In this document: positions 1 through 9,497 of the stretch, in pieces
Numbering within the stretch: position 1 is the first letter of the stretch
Layout of the letters: each line of letters opens with the position of its first letter
NCBI GenBank assembly: GCA_014623385.1
Contig: JACOMT010000016.1
Span: forward strand, 1 to 40,361
Direction: 5' to 3'
Length of the DNA: 40,361 bases
DNA from: Paracoccaceae bacterium
GTDB lineage: Bacteria > Pseudomonadota > Alphaproteobacteria > Rhodobacterales > Rhodobacteraceae
Notes under the pieces: generated by a model
The model's database searches: none
What the model was told of the DNA's origin: nothing
The model's input: the letters and a program-made list of their open reading frames with translations, nothing else
Position numbers and translations under genes: made by a program

Positions 1-251
1 CCCCGATCTGACGTCAAACCCCGGCCAGAAGATCATCGTGGGTTGCGAAAACGGCAATGGGTTGTCGCATCGGGCACGGCCGCAAAATAGCATGAAATCC
101 AACCACAGTTGAGGACGCACACTCCAGCTTCGGGGTGCCACCGCCAGTCCATCAGGGCACCAATCCTGGTCAGAATGTCGTCTGCACCGATCCGAACCGT
201 GTTCGACACGAACCGCGCAAAAGCAGGTGCACCAAACCACCCCTGAACGCC
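1..251 (-). mobile_element. Partial dead copy (copy 1) of a ~1.1 kb IS5-family-like element (IS-B), 5' part, cut by the window edge
   Basis: Nucleotide homology to 37588-37956 (same orientation) and to the reverse complement of 24219-24560. Minus-strand fragment ..FSQPTMIFWPG.. resembles the IFW..TG.QW region near the N-terminus of IS5-family transposases. No long ORF. About 99 bp missing relative to copy 3. Confidence 0.55.
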
Positions 252-800
252 TCCCAAAAGCACACAGGGCTGATGGTTTGTCCGCAATCCTCCAACTATG
301 CAGAAGACTTGGCGAGGTATTTTGTGATGACTCCCCGGCGACCTCCAATAAACGCCTCGCGGCATGCGTGACGACTGATGACGATCTGGATATGAAGCTC
401 GTCACGAGCGCGTTCACGAACCAATTGATTGTATTGAGCACCGCGTGGCTGACCCCAAGGCAGCTGCGGCGGATAACCGGTTCTGCCGTCTGTTATCGGC
501 AATGCATGCTTGCCCATGACCGGCGCGAAAACCGCGCGCAGCGTATCTGCATTGACCGCAGGTAGCACGGGCACTGAGGATCGCGCCAGAACCGGCATCC
601 GCTCAGCTGGACAGGCCCCGCGCGCTTGCGGGCCCTTCGGTTTGAATTTTTCAGAGGCTTTGCCTTCCCTGGCCCGTGTCCAAACAGGACCTTCTTTGCG
701 GCTTTCAGGAAAAAGGGTTCGTAGGCCTCGACAATACCCTTCAGTTGTTTGGCGGTGGTGCGGCTTAAAAAAGTTGGGGGACAAATCCTTACTAATGTAT
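252..800 (-). mobile_element. Decayed IS3-family-like remnant (IS-Y): OrfA tail plus rve-type OrfB core, internally deleted
   Basis: Minus-strand frames give ..EPFFLKAAKKV.. (like the ILKKA.A.FA end of IS3 OrfA). They also give ..RGAQYNQLVRERARDELHIQIVISRHAC..EAFIGG.., like RGSQY..F.E.L...GI..SMSR.GNC.DNA..ESF.G of IS3 OrfB. Frames are broken and the C-terminus is missing. Conserved terminal module GGTTTGTCCGCAATCC at 275-290. Confidence 0.45.
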
Positions 801-913
801 TTTCTGTTCAAGAGCATTAAAAATTATCCGGACAGGGTTGAATCTTTGCCCGGTTATACTGTATGTGTGTTGCATCGAATAACCGATGCACCAACCAAAC
901 CAAAGGACATCCA

Positions 914-1252
914 ATGAACCGCTTTGTATTCGCAGCAACTATCACAGCGTCTGTATTCACGCTCAGCGCGTGTGAACCTATACAGTTACCAACACAGCGT
1001 GCGTCGGTAATTTCTCTTGATGATGAACACGTTACGGTGCGTTCAGGTGAAGCCTTTAATAATGAAAATTTTAAAAGATCAGAAACACCGCAGTCTGAAA
1101 TTGACAAAAAAGCTTTTGATGTCTGCGCAAGGTATGGAAAACAGGCAGATTTTGTAGATTATACAAATATCGGAGAACAAATATATACACATGGTACTAC
1201 TTTGCGCGGTAGTGATACATTGAGAGAAAGCCTGTATGCTTGTGTAGACTAA
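914..1252 (+). CDS. Small putative lipoprotein, unknown function (112 aa)
   Basis: ATG at 914 inside ORF 863..1252. N-terminus MNRFVFAATITASVFTLSAC has a signal peptide plus lipobox-like LSAC. Local sequence is visibly AT-richer than its neighbours. Confidence 0.6.
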   Translation: MNRFVFAATITASVFTLSACEPIQLPTQRASVISLDDEHVTVRSGEAFNNENFKRSETPQSEIDKKAFDVCARYGKQADFVDYTNIGEQIYTHGTTLRGSDTLRESLYACVD

Positions 1253-1278
1253 CAATCCTGAAACTTGTCCTGTACTGC

Positions 1279-1620
1279 ATGACGAACCCATTCAAACTAC
1301 CGACAGGGAAAGTTTTGATCTCTTTCTCTAGCGGTAGATCGTCCGCAATGATGCTTTACAAACTTTTAGAAGCAAACGGGGATTTTGACTAATCCATCGT
1401 GCAAGTTGTGTTTGCAAACACCGGAAGGGAAATGCCTGAAACATTGGATTTCGTACAGGCACGTGGTGAAAATAGAGCCAAAATATTCTACCGCCAGGTG
1501 CCCATACCCGCGTCTTCACATCTTATGCTGATCGAGTCGGCGCGATGGCCTTTTCCCGCCTGACCATAACCAACACAGGCCACCCGTCAGCCAAAATCAT
1601 GATCATCTAAACCGCGCCGT
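1279..1620 (+). pseudogene. PAPS-reductase-like (phosphoadenosine phosphosulfate reductase family) pseudogene, 5' part
   Basis: Reads MTNPFKLPTGKVLISFSSGRSSAMMLYKLLEANGDFD, then an in-frame TAA at 1390-1392, then SIVQVVFANTGREMPETLDFV... The SGGxxS-type PP-loop context is recognisable. Downstream frames are broken and there is no room for a full-length gene before argF. Confidence 0.5.
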
Positions 1621-1854
1621 TTCCGGAACGGTTCACAGACCCGGCCGGAATATTTTGGGATGGGCACGACCCGTTCTTTCTGACTGAAGCACTCAATACA
1701 CGGGAAAGGCGCATGAACAGGATCGAAGTCATCAAAATTTTGTAGCACACTTGCTATACCCGGGAACAAGCATGGGAAATTTTGATCCCGGCCCTACGCG
1801 CGCTTCCCGAAAATTTAGGCACTTATTCCGTTTCGCTATGTCTGATTGGCCGAT

Positions 1855-2784
1855 TTAGATGGCCAGACACCACCGCATAATTGCCTTTTGTGCATGCAGG
1901 CGGTTTTCGGCCTCGTCAAAGATCACTGAATGTGGGCCATCCATCACCGACGATGTTGCCTCTTCTTCTCGGTGGGCGGGCAGGCAATGCATAAACAGCG
2001 CATCCGCCCGGGCATGGGCCATCAGGTCATCGTTGACCTGATAAGGGCGCAACAGGTTGTGGCGCTGTTCTTTGGCCGATTGGCTGTCATGCATCGACAC
2101 CCAGGTGTCGGTCACAACCAGGTCGGCATTCTGCACCGCCTTCACCGGGTCCTGTTCGATGGCAACGCTGCACCCGGCCTTCCGGGCCATATTCATGAAT
2201 TCATCTTCGGGAGCCAGCCCTGGCGGGCCAGAAAAGGTGATGTCAAAGCCAAATTTTGCCGCGCCTTGCAGAAACGAGGAAAACACATTATTGTGGCCGT
2301 CGCCGTAACAGACCACCTTTTTGCCGGTGATGGGGCCACGATGTTCCTCGAACGTCATGATGTCGGCCATGATCTGACAGGGATGCGTGCGGTTGGTCAG
2401 CCCGTTGATCACCGGAACGGTGGCATGCTCGGCAAGTTCGGTCAGCACACTTTCGTTAAAGGTCCGGATCATAATCAGGTCGACAAACCGCGACAGCACC
2501 CGTGCCGTGTCAGCGATGGTCTCCCCATGACCGAGGTGCATATCTCTGCCAGACAGAACCAGGGTTTTGCCCCCCATCTGACACACGCCGACATCAAAGC
2601 TGACGCGTGTGCGGGTAGACGGTTTTTCAAAGATCAGCGCCACGATATGACCGGCTAGCGGCTGTTCGTCATCCGGTTCGCCCTTGGACCGCCCCGCGCG
2701 TGCGGTTTTCATTGATTTTGCGTGATCAATCATATGACGCAGCGCGTCTGGTGCGGTTTTATGGATATCCAGGAAATGGTTCAT
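1855..2784 (-). CDS. argF: Ornithine carbamoyltransferase
   Basis: ORF 1855..2820. Motifs STRTR, HPCQ and HCLP are present. The likely true start is MNHFLDIHK (ATG at 2784) rather than the upstream extension. Confidence 0.93.
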   Translation of the reverse strand: MNHFLDIHKTAPDALRHMIDHAKSMKTARAGRSKGEPDDEQPLAGHIVALIFEKPSTRTRVSFDVGVCQMGGKTLVLSGRDMHLGHGETIADTARVLSRFVDLIMIRTFNESVLTELAEHATVPVINGLTNRTHPCQIMADIMTFEEHRGPITGKKVVCYGDGHNNVFSSFLQGAAKFGFDITFSGPPGLAPEDEFMNMARKAGCSVAIEQDPVKAVQNADLVVTDTWVSMHDSQSAKEQRHNLLRPYQVNDDLMAHARADALFMHCLPAHREEEATSSVMDGPHSVIFDEAENRLHAQKAIMRWCLAI

Positions 2785-2849
2785 GTATTGCGTCCTTGTC
2801 TGCGGTCCGGGCATGGGCATAGACCCGGACCCGGAAAACTCGAATGGGA

Positions 2850-4025
2850 TCAGGTCGCTTTCAGCGATGCAGCCGTGGTATCAAGGCGTGATATCGCCTC
2901 GGCGATATCGTCTTCGGTGATGGTCAGCGGGGGCAGCAGACGGATCACGTTATCGGCTGCAGGCACGGTGATGACCTGATGGGCATAACCGGCATTCACC
3001 ACCTCGGTATTCGACATTCGGCATTTTATCCCTAGCATCAGGCCCACTCCGCGCACAGATTCGAACACCCCTGGATGTGCAGTGCTGAGCTCTTCCAGCT
3101 TTTGCCGCAAAAGCCCTGCCTTGCGGTTGACCTTGGCCAGAAAATCAGGGTCGGCCACGATATCCATGACGGTCGCGCCCACGGCACAGCCGAGCGGATT
3201 GCCGCCATAGGTCGACCCGTGTGTGCCCGCGGTCATGCCGCTGGCGGCCTGTTCGGTAGCCAGAACCGCGCCCAAAGGAAAGCCACCCCCGATGCCCTTG
3301 GCCACCATCATGATATCGGGTTCTATACCCGCCCATTCATGGGCAAAGAGCTTACCCGTACGACCAATACCACACTGAACCTCGTCCAGAATCAACAGGA
3401 TACCGTGTTTGTCGCAAAGATCGCGCAGCCCCTTCAGACAGACGTTCGGCAGCGGGCGAATGCCGCCTTCGCCTTGAACCGGTTCGACGAGAATGCCGAC
3501 GGTTTTGTCGGTTATGGCCGCCCGCATTGCGTCGTGATCACCCCAGGGTAGGTGGACAAAGCCGGGCAGCAGCGGACCAAACCCTGTTGTCATCTTTTCG
3601 CTGCCCGCCGCCGCGATCCCGGCCGAGGACCGGCCATGGAACGAGCCGCCAAAGGTCAGGATTTCGACCTTGTCCGGCTGACCTTGCTCAAACCCGTATT
3701 TGCGGACCATTTTGACCGCCAGCTCACAGCTTTCAGCGCCAGAATTTGTGAAAAACACGGTATCGGCAAAACTGGCCGCCACCAGCTTATCCGCCAGCAC
3801 CTGTTGTTGGGGTATCTGATAGAGGTTTGACACATGCCACAGGGCGTTGGCCTGATCCGTCAGGGTAGCAACCAGCGCAGGATGCGCGTGACCCAAGGCA
3901 TTCACCGCAATCCCGGCACCCAGATCCAGAAAACGCCGACCATCCGCCTCGATCAACCAGATGCCTTCGCCTTTGACAAAGCTCAGCGGAGCGCGGCAAT
4001 AGGTCGGCAGTATGGACGGGATCAT
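2850..4025 (-). CDS. argD: Acetylornithine aminotransferase (class III PLP aminotransferase)
   Basis: ORF 2850..4058. Typical N-terminus [17 protein letters not shown], an LDEVQCG.GRTG motif, and position upstream of argF on the same strand. Start chosen at the internal Met (4025). Confidence 0.92.
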   Translation of the reverse strand: MIPSILPTYCRAPLSFVKGEGIWLIEADGRRFLDLGAGIAVNALGHAHPALVATLTDQANALWHVSNLYQIPQQQVLADKLVAASFADTVFFTNSGAESCELAVKMVRKYGFEQGQPDKVEILTFGGSFHGRSSAGIAAAGSEKMTTGFGPLLPGFVHLPWGDHDAMRAAITDKTVGILVEPVQGEGGIRPLPNVCLKGLRDLCDKHGILLILDEVQCGIGRTGKLFAHEWAGIEPDIMMVAKGIGGGFPLGAVLATEQAASGMTAGTHGSTYGGNPLGCAVGATVMDIVADPDFLAKVNRKAGLLRQKLEELSTAHPGVFESVRGVGLMLGIKCRMSNTEVVNAGYAHQVITVPAADNVIRLLPPLTITEDDIAEAISRLDTTAASLKAT

Positions 4026-4289
4026 AGCGGACCCTCTCCTTTGCATGGACTTGGGCACAATAGGTGCCTTACGCGTGGGGCACCGTCAACGATTTGAATG
4101 GGTGAAGCACCGAAAATATAGCACGAAAAGATCAAAAGTGGCCGGAGCGCGGATTCAGTGTCGGCGTCGGATGCCAGGGATATGCGCAGGTTTGACCATG
4201 CGGGACGGGTAGCACAGAAAACGAGGGCGAAATTTGGGACTACATTTGCTGCTTGTACCCGCCGGGTCAGAGACGCACAGAGTGGAGTA

Positions 4290-5048
4290 CCCCCCGCAAA
4301 ACCCGACAGTAGCCGCCGCCTTTATTCTGGGGGTCACCGCTTTTGTTGCGGCCACCACGCTTTTGGTCAAAGCACTGGAGAACGAGGTGCTGGAGGCACC
4401 GCTGCATCCATTGCAGACAACCATGGCCGGTTTCTGTTTGCCTTTCTAGCGGTTATTACGGCGGCCACCGCAACCCGCATACCACTGACGCGTCGGCATT
4501 GGAGGTTACATATCGGGCGAACGAGCTGTGGATAGGTCGGTTGTTTTGCTGATATTTGCCAGCATGGTGTAGGCCCGATGGCTGTCTGCGGTCATCGCGT
4601 TTGCCGGGGCCGTGATCCTGTTGCGGGAAACGCCGCAGAACTTTCAACCGGCGGCTCTGTTGGTGCTGTCGGCAACGATGATGGGGCTGGAATTGATCTT
4701 TATCAAGCGGTTGACTGAGCTGAAACGCCCCTTGCGAACCTGCACTACAACAACGTCCTGTACGTTGCGTTGGCTGTTCTGACCGTATGTCAGATGCCCA
4801 CAAACGCGGCAATGGCTGGCACCAGCCAGCCTGGGAGGGTAAGGGCCTGTGCCCGGTTTTATTTTGTTAACGGCATGGCCCGCGCCGAAGCCAGCCTTGT
4901 TGTGCCGTTTGGCTATGCCACGCTGGTTTTTACCGCACTTTATGATGCGGTTTATGATTCGGTTGTGTCTGGAATGGTGCCGGATTGGATATCCGCTGTT
5001 GGTGCTGCGGTCATTCTAGATGGGGCACTGGTGCTGGCGCTGCGCTAG
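4290..5048 (+). pseudogene. EamA/DMT-family transporter pseudogene (multiple frameshifts)
   Basis: Fragments in three frames: ..FLFAFLAVITAATATRIPL.., ..WLSAVIAFAGAVILLRETPQ..PAALLVLSATMMGLELIFIKRLT.., and a C-terminal piece AEASLVVPFGYATLVFTALYD..PDWISAVGAAVILDGALVLALR (ORF 4770..5048). Confidence 0.6.
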
Positions 5049-5071
5049 GCGCGTGCGCGGCGGCTGACTCG

Positions 5072-5875
5072 TCAAGGCTTCAGCCGATAGCCCGAAATCA
5101 AAAGCCGCCAAGTAACATAACACAAGCCCACCGTGGCGATGATACAGACGACAGCCCCCAATACCGGGCTGCTATCTGACACGCCTAGCACCCCATAGCG
5201 GACGCCGTCAATCATATGGAACATCGGGTTCACATAGGTCAGCGCGTAAAGCACAGGCGGCAAGGATTGAACCGAATAAAAGCTCCCCGACAAAAAGGCG
5301 AACGGCGTGATGATAAAATTCGTAATCGCCGCCATCTGGTCGAACCGCCGGGCAAAGATACCAGTGAGAATCCCCAAGGCTGCCATGAACGCCGAGCCCA
5401 GCAATACGAACATCAATGTCACCAGTGGCGCATGGGGTACAACCCTCAGAACCACCAGAACGCCCACCCCGATTGTCACCGCAACCAAAAGCCCGCGTGC
5501 GACACCGCCCGCCAGGTAGCCCAGCAGCATCTCGAACGGGGACAGCGGTGGCATCATCGTATCGATAATGTTGCCCTGTATCTTGGCACTAAGCAGCGAG
5601 AAAGAAGTATTGGCAAATGCATTCTGGATCACCGTCATCATCAAGATGCCCGGCGCAATGAAATCCATGAACGGAACTCCCATCACCGCGCCCCTTTGCG
5701 GCCCGATGGCGATCGTAAAAATCACCAGGAACAAGCCCGCAGTCACCAGCGGTGCCAGGACTGTCTGGCTCCATATACTGGAAAAGCGCCGGATTTCGCG
5801 TTCGGCAAGGGTAAAGAGGCCAATCCAGTTGATGCTGCCAAAGCGGCGAATACCCAAATCATGCTGCTGCGACAT
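5072..5875 (-). CDS. ABC-2 type transporter permease (YadH/NodJ-like)
   Basis: Intact 267 aa ORF with multiple hydrophobic spans. N-terminus ..INWIGLFTLAEREIRRF..IWSQTVLAPLVTAGLFL is typical of ABC-2 permeases. No ATPase gene is adjacent. Confidence 0.8.
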   Translation of the reverse strand: MSQQHDLGIRRFGSINWIGLFTLAEREIRRFSSIWSQTVLAPLVTAGLFLVIFTIAIGPQRGAVMGVPFMDFIAPGILMMTVIQNAFANTSFSLLSAKIQGNIIDTMMPPLSPFEMLLGYLAGGVARGLLVAVTIGVGVLVVLRVVPHAPLVTLMFVLLGSAFMAALGILTGIFARRFDQMAAITNFIITPFAFLSGSFYSVQSLPPVLYALTYVNPMFHMIDGVRYGVLGVSDSSPVLGAVVCIIATVGLCYVTWRLLISGYRLKP

Positions 5876-6004
5876 TGCGTCCCTTTCCTGGCTTATTCCC
5901 TGACATTGGCTTGTGATATCAGGCCTTGTTGGTTAACATAGGGATCATAATGGTTTAGGGTAAGGTGGTTTCGGGGGTTCCGACTGCTTTTTTAGCTGGA
6001 AAGG

Positions 6005-6577
6005 TTGTCCATGTCCTGGACTGATGAGCGTGTGAAAATTCTCAAGAAAATGTGGGAGGAAGGACAATCTGCAAGCCAGATCGCCGATAAATTGGGGGGT
6101 GTCACGCGCAATGCGGTAATTGGCAAGGTGCATCGTCTGGGTCTGCCGAGGCGCAGTCACCGCGCAACCCCTGTGCCCAAGCCCAAGCCCAAGCCGGAGC
6201 CGGTGAAAGAGGTTAAGACCATTGTGGCCAGAGCCGAACCGGTAGAGTGTGAACCCGCTGTGGAACCTGTGCCAACGCCAAAAGCGAAACCGGCACACAA
6301 GGCCATCATTCCCGCCGATCAGCCCCTGCCGCCACAACCGTCAACCAACGAGATCAGCCCCGAGGTGCTAGCAAAGGTCAATGAGGTGGAAAAGAAGGCA
6401 AAAAAGCTGACCTTGATGGATCTGACCGAGCGCACCTGCAAATGGCCTATTGGCGATCCGGATAGCGACGATTTTTGGTTCTGCGGCCTGCCGGTACAAG
6501 CGGGGAAACCCTATTGCGAAGCGCATGTGAGCGTCGCGTTCCAGCCGATGTCGCCGCGCCGTTACCGACGGCGGTAA
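6005..6577 (+). CDS. gcrA: Cell-cycle transcriptional regulator GcrA
   Basis: MSWTDERVKILKKMWEEGQSASQIADKLGGVTRNAVIGKVHRLGL at the N-terminus and CKWPIGDP..DDFWFCG....GKPYCEAH at the C-terminus. A Pro/Lys-rich linker lies between them. Confidence 0.9.
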   Translation: MSMSWTDERVKILKKMWEEGQSASQIADKLGGVTRNAVIGKVHRLGLPRRSHRATPVPKPKPKPEPVKEVKTIVARAEPVECEPAVEPVPTPKAKPAHKAIIPADQPLPPQPSTNEISPEVLAKVNEVEKKAKKLTLMDLTERTCKWPIGDPDSDDFWFCGLPVQAGKPYCEAHVSVAFQPMSPRRYRRR

Positions 6578-7408
6578 CATTATTTTCGGGTAAAATGCTT
6601 TGGGGCCGGTCAGCAAAGTATGGGCGGCGTTTCCGGGTCTAATTGCAGAGTGGGGTGCACATGTTTGGTCGCATCGTGTGGTACTGGCAGAGCGACCCGC
6701 AATCCCACCTGGCACCAGCCGATCAGCAAAGGGATCATCGGCACGGAAAACCCGCATCCGTCACCCTGGTCCCAATCCCCGAACATGTCAGCGCCTCGCT
6801 TGTTGCTTTGGTTAGAGGGCGACCTCGACCTTAAGGCTCGCGCGTCCATCATCCCCAAAAGATGCCCCTGCCCCGGCATCGCGGATGCCTGCCAGATAGG
6901 CGGCGGTGGGGAGTTTGGCATCAAGGGCTGTTATTAGCAGAATACACGGCAAGCCCGTGGCACATGAACTTTTGCCGGGCGATGTTCAACCTCATCCGAC
7001 CGATATTTCAGCGTCTCAACCAACTCAGGTGGGCGCGGGGTTGGAGAGCGGAATGCTAGCAGACAGGGCCACGTCCCGATTGGCACCCGGCCCGATCCCT
7101 TGCGGTACCAGCCGACGATGATTCGTCCCGACAAGCGCGGCATGGGGGGAACGATATGCCCGGCAAAATCGGCCAACCGATCCTCACCACGGTCAAATTC
7201 CAGGTGCCAGGGTGAACTGGTCCTGATGCATGTCGAACAGCACCAACGTTATGTTGTCGTCCTCCGGTGCTTGTGCCAGCATCGGAAATAGCTCGGCATC
7301 GGTCAGCTGTTCATGGAACTGCGGACGCGCCGCATCATTGCCCGGGATCATTGCCCGGCGCAACCGTCATTGCAGCATGGGTCCTGTCCAGAGGCGTAAT
7401 CAGGTCAG

Positions 7409-8026
7409 TTATGTCAAAGCCTCTTTCACAGCAGCGCGCAGCACCGGTATCAGGTCAGTTTCAAACCACGGGTTCTGGCGCAGCCATCCGGTGTTGCGCC
7501 AGGACGGATGCGGCAGTGGGATAATGCCCGGTCCAAAATTCCGCCAATCCGCCACCGTTTCGGTGACTGACCGGGCGGCGGGCTTCAGATACCATCGATG
7601 TGCATGGGACCCCACAAGCAATGTCAGGCGGACAGGACCCAATGCCGCGCCCACCCGGTCATGCCATGTTTTGGCACAGACAGGCGGCGGGGGCAGGTCG
7701 GCCTTGCCTGCGTCATAACCCGGAAAACAGAAAGCCATCGGCACAATGGCAACCCGGTCCAGATCGTAGAAGGTGACCGCGTCCACATTCATCCAATCCC
7801 GCAGCCGGTCACCGGACGGATCGGTAAAAGGCCGACCTGATTGATGCACGCGTGCCCCAGGTGCCTGTCCCGCAATCAAAATACGCGCACCGGTACGGAA
7901 CCAGACAACCGGGCGGGGTGTATGTGCGGTGGCGGTTGCTGCAAACCGGTCGGCGCAAATGCGACAGGCGGCAATGTCCTGCATCAGACGAGACGCCTTG
8001 CCAAAGGATTGGACAGGTTCAGTCAT
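7409..8026 (-). CDS. Uracil-DNA glycosylase superfamily protein
   Basis: Intact 205 aa ORF with ..ILIAGQAPG.......GRPF.DPSGDRL..W.. and a ..PLPHPS.RN.. C-terminal motif, typical of UDG-family enzymes. Confidence 0.8.
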   Translation of the reverse strand: MTEPVQSFGKASRLMQDIAACRICADRFAATATAHTPRPVVWFRTGARILIAGQAPGARVHQSGRPFTDPSGDRLRDWMNVDAVTFYDLDRVAIVPMAFCFPGYDAGKADLPPPPVCAKTWHDRVGAALGPVRLTLLVGSHAHRWYLKPAARSVTETVADWRNFGPGIIPLPHPSWRNTGWLRQNPWFETDLIPVLRAAVKEALT

Positions 8027-8162
8027 TACCGTTCAGTCATTATCATTGCATAATGTATGGCTGTGGCCCAGCCAGGTCAAAACCCGATCATCCGTATTAT
8101 GTACACCACATATTGCCATCGCCGACAAATCGCTTACGCTTGAAACAAGCGGCAAAATAAGA

Positions 8163-9422
8163 ATGGTGCGCACGATGTATCGCGTCTGGAATTTCCTGAC
8201 CCATTATTCCCTTCCGCTGATCTTTGGTGCGTTGATCGCTCTGGTTTGGGCGAATGTTGATGCAGATGGCTATCACCACTTTGTCGAGTTCGTGATCTGG
8301 GACCACGCGCCTATCGGGCATTATCATCACGGGTACCGAACACTGACGCTACATTATCTGGTAAACGATATCCTTATGGCGTGCTTTTTTGCAGTTGCTG
8401 CCAAAGAGGTTTGGGAGGCGATCACGCTGAAAGACGGTTCTTTGCGCGGGAAAAAGGCGGCGACACCACTGTTTGCAACCGCCGGGGGCATGTTTGGACC
8501 CATTGCTGTCTATCTGGGCCTGGCCGCCATTTTAGGGTCGGAAACTTATAACGCGCTGGCCAATGGTTGGGCCATTCCGACGGCCACGGATATCGCGTTT
8601 TCCTACCTGGTGGGAAGGGTCGTGTTTGGCACGGGGCATCCTGCGGTGCGGTTTCTGCTACTCCTGGCGATTGCGGATGACGCCGCCGGGCTGATCATTC
8701 TGGCCGTCTTTTACCCGTCTGGTGAACTGGCACCGGAATGGCTGTTGTTCTCTTTGGCTGTTGCGATCCTGGTCTTTGTTCTGTTCAACTGGTTGCCCCG
8801 CTATATGGATCGGGGCAACCAAGCGCGCCCTACATCCACATGGGTGCGCAAAATTCTGAGCTTTTGGCCCTATCTGATCGCCGCTTGTGCCAGCTGGTAC
8901 GGCTTTATGCTGTCAGGTCTGCACCCGGCCCTGGGCCTGTTACCAATTGTGCCAAGCATCCCGCATGCTGACCGCGCCTTTGGCATATTCTCGGATGCCG
9001 AAAGGCATCTGACGGACCTGTTGAACCAGATCGAACACGCGCTGAAACACCCGGTTGAGGTCATTTTGTTCCTTTTCGGGCTGTTGAATGCCGGGGTCGA
9101 ATTCAGCTCGATCGGGGCCGCCACATGGTTGGTTATGGCAGGGCTGTTGATTGGCAAACCTGTGGGAATATTGATATTCGGCTGGGCTGCGGCGGTACCG
9201 ATGCGCTTGGGCCTGCCGGAAGGCATGCGGATCATTGATCTGATGGTTATCGGCTGTGTCGCGGCCATCGGTTTTACCGTGTCGTTGTTTGTGGCCTCGG
9301 TCGCGTTTGATACCGGACCGGTACAAGGTGCCGCCAAAATGGGGGCACTGTTCAGCTTTGCGGCCGTTGGGATCAGCATACTCGCGGGGCACCTGTGCCG
9401 GGTTCAGAAACAAAACCTGTGA
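8163..9422 (+). CDS. nhaA: Na+/H+ antiporter NhaA
   Basis: ORF 7929..9422. The NhaA-like sequence begins at MVRTMYRVWNFLTHYSLPLIFGALIALVWAN (ATG 8163). Further motifs include ..IPTATDIAF.. and ..LAIADDAAGLIILAVFY... The upstream extension overlaps the divergent UDG gene and was rejected. Confidence 0.88.
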   Translation: MVRTMYRVWNFLTHYSLPLIFGALIALVWANVDADGYHHFVEFVIWDHAPIGHYHHGYRTLTLHYLVNDILMACFFAVAAKEVWEAITLKDGSLRGKKAATPLFATAGGMFGPIAVYLGLAAILGSETYNALANGWAIPTATDIAFSYLVGRVVFGTGHPAVRFLLLLAIADDAAGLIILAVFYPSGELAPEWLLFSLAVAILVFVLFNWLPRYMDRGNQARPTSTWVRKILSFWPYLIAACASWYGFMLSGLHPALGLLPIVPSIPHADRAFGIFSDAERHLTDLLNQIEHALKHPVEVILFLFGLLNAGVEFSSIGAATWLVMAGLLIGKPVGILIFGWAAAVPMRLGLPEGMRIIDLMVIGCVAAIGFTVSLFVASVAFDTGPVQGAAKMGALFSFAAVGISILAGHLCRVQKQNL

Positions 9423-9461
9423 TAAGTGTGCAGGTCAGTGCGTTCCGTCACATTTCCACAA

Positions 9462-9497
9462 CGTCTCATTTTACGTCTCATTTTGCGTCTCATTTTG
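9462..9497. repeat. 12 bp x 3 tandem repeat CGTCTCATTTT(A/G)
   Basis: Read directly: cgtctcatttta cgtctcattttg cgtctcattttg, starting 40 nt after the nhaA stop. Confidence 0.9.

Noticed and set aside
296-817. Reading the minus-strand ORF as a P4-type tyrosine integrase C-terminus (..CLGVSHAV.. / ..AQYNQLVRERARDEL..)
   Set aside because: The match to the IS3 OrfB rve core (RG.QY....RE.....I..S.SR...C...E.F.G) and the OrfA tail (FLKAAKK) is longer and collinear. No HxxR or catalytic Tyr context was recognisable. Kept as IS3-like with moderate confidence.
1930-2658. Long ORFs antisense to intact genes: 1930..2658(+), 5216..5941(+), 11732..12499(+), 19263..19967(+), 23003..23644(-), 35740..36408(-), 8870..9379(-), 26042..26602(+)
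   Set aside because: Each lies fully inside and opposite a well-supported conserved gene and has the biased Arg/His/Gly composition typical of shadow ORFs in GC-rich coding DNA.
5925-6004. CtrA box (TTAA-N7-TTAA) or DnaA box upstream of gcrA
   Set aside because: TTAACATAGGGATCATAA has only one proper half-site, and no full consensus was found by eye.
6160-6200. cccaag x3 micro-repeat inside gcrA
   Set aside because: It is in frame and encodes the PKPKPKPEP part of the normal Pro/Lys-rich GcrA linker. This is coding low complexity, not a structural repeat or a lesion.
6826-7232. Frameshifted minus-strand remnants (..FTLHLEFDRGEDRLADF.., ..GRIIVGWYRKG.., ..EVEHRPAKVHVPRA..), possibly a DUF1489-like pseudogene
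   Set aside because: The resemblance to the DUF1489 pattern (LHL.KL.VG..S...L ; SLYWVIKG ; P.R.FQGWRYL) is too weak to call from memory. It is noted only as another probable wreck in the 6.6-7.4 kb gap.
7929-8162. N-terminal 78-codon extension of nhaA
   Set aside because: The extension overlaps the 5' end of the divergent UDG gene and has no NhaA-like sequence. The conserved NhaA N-terminus starts at the Met at 8163.
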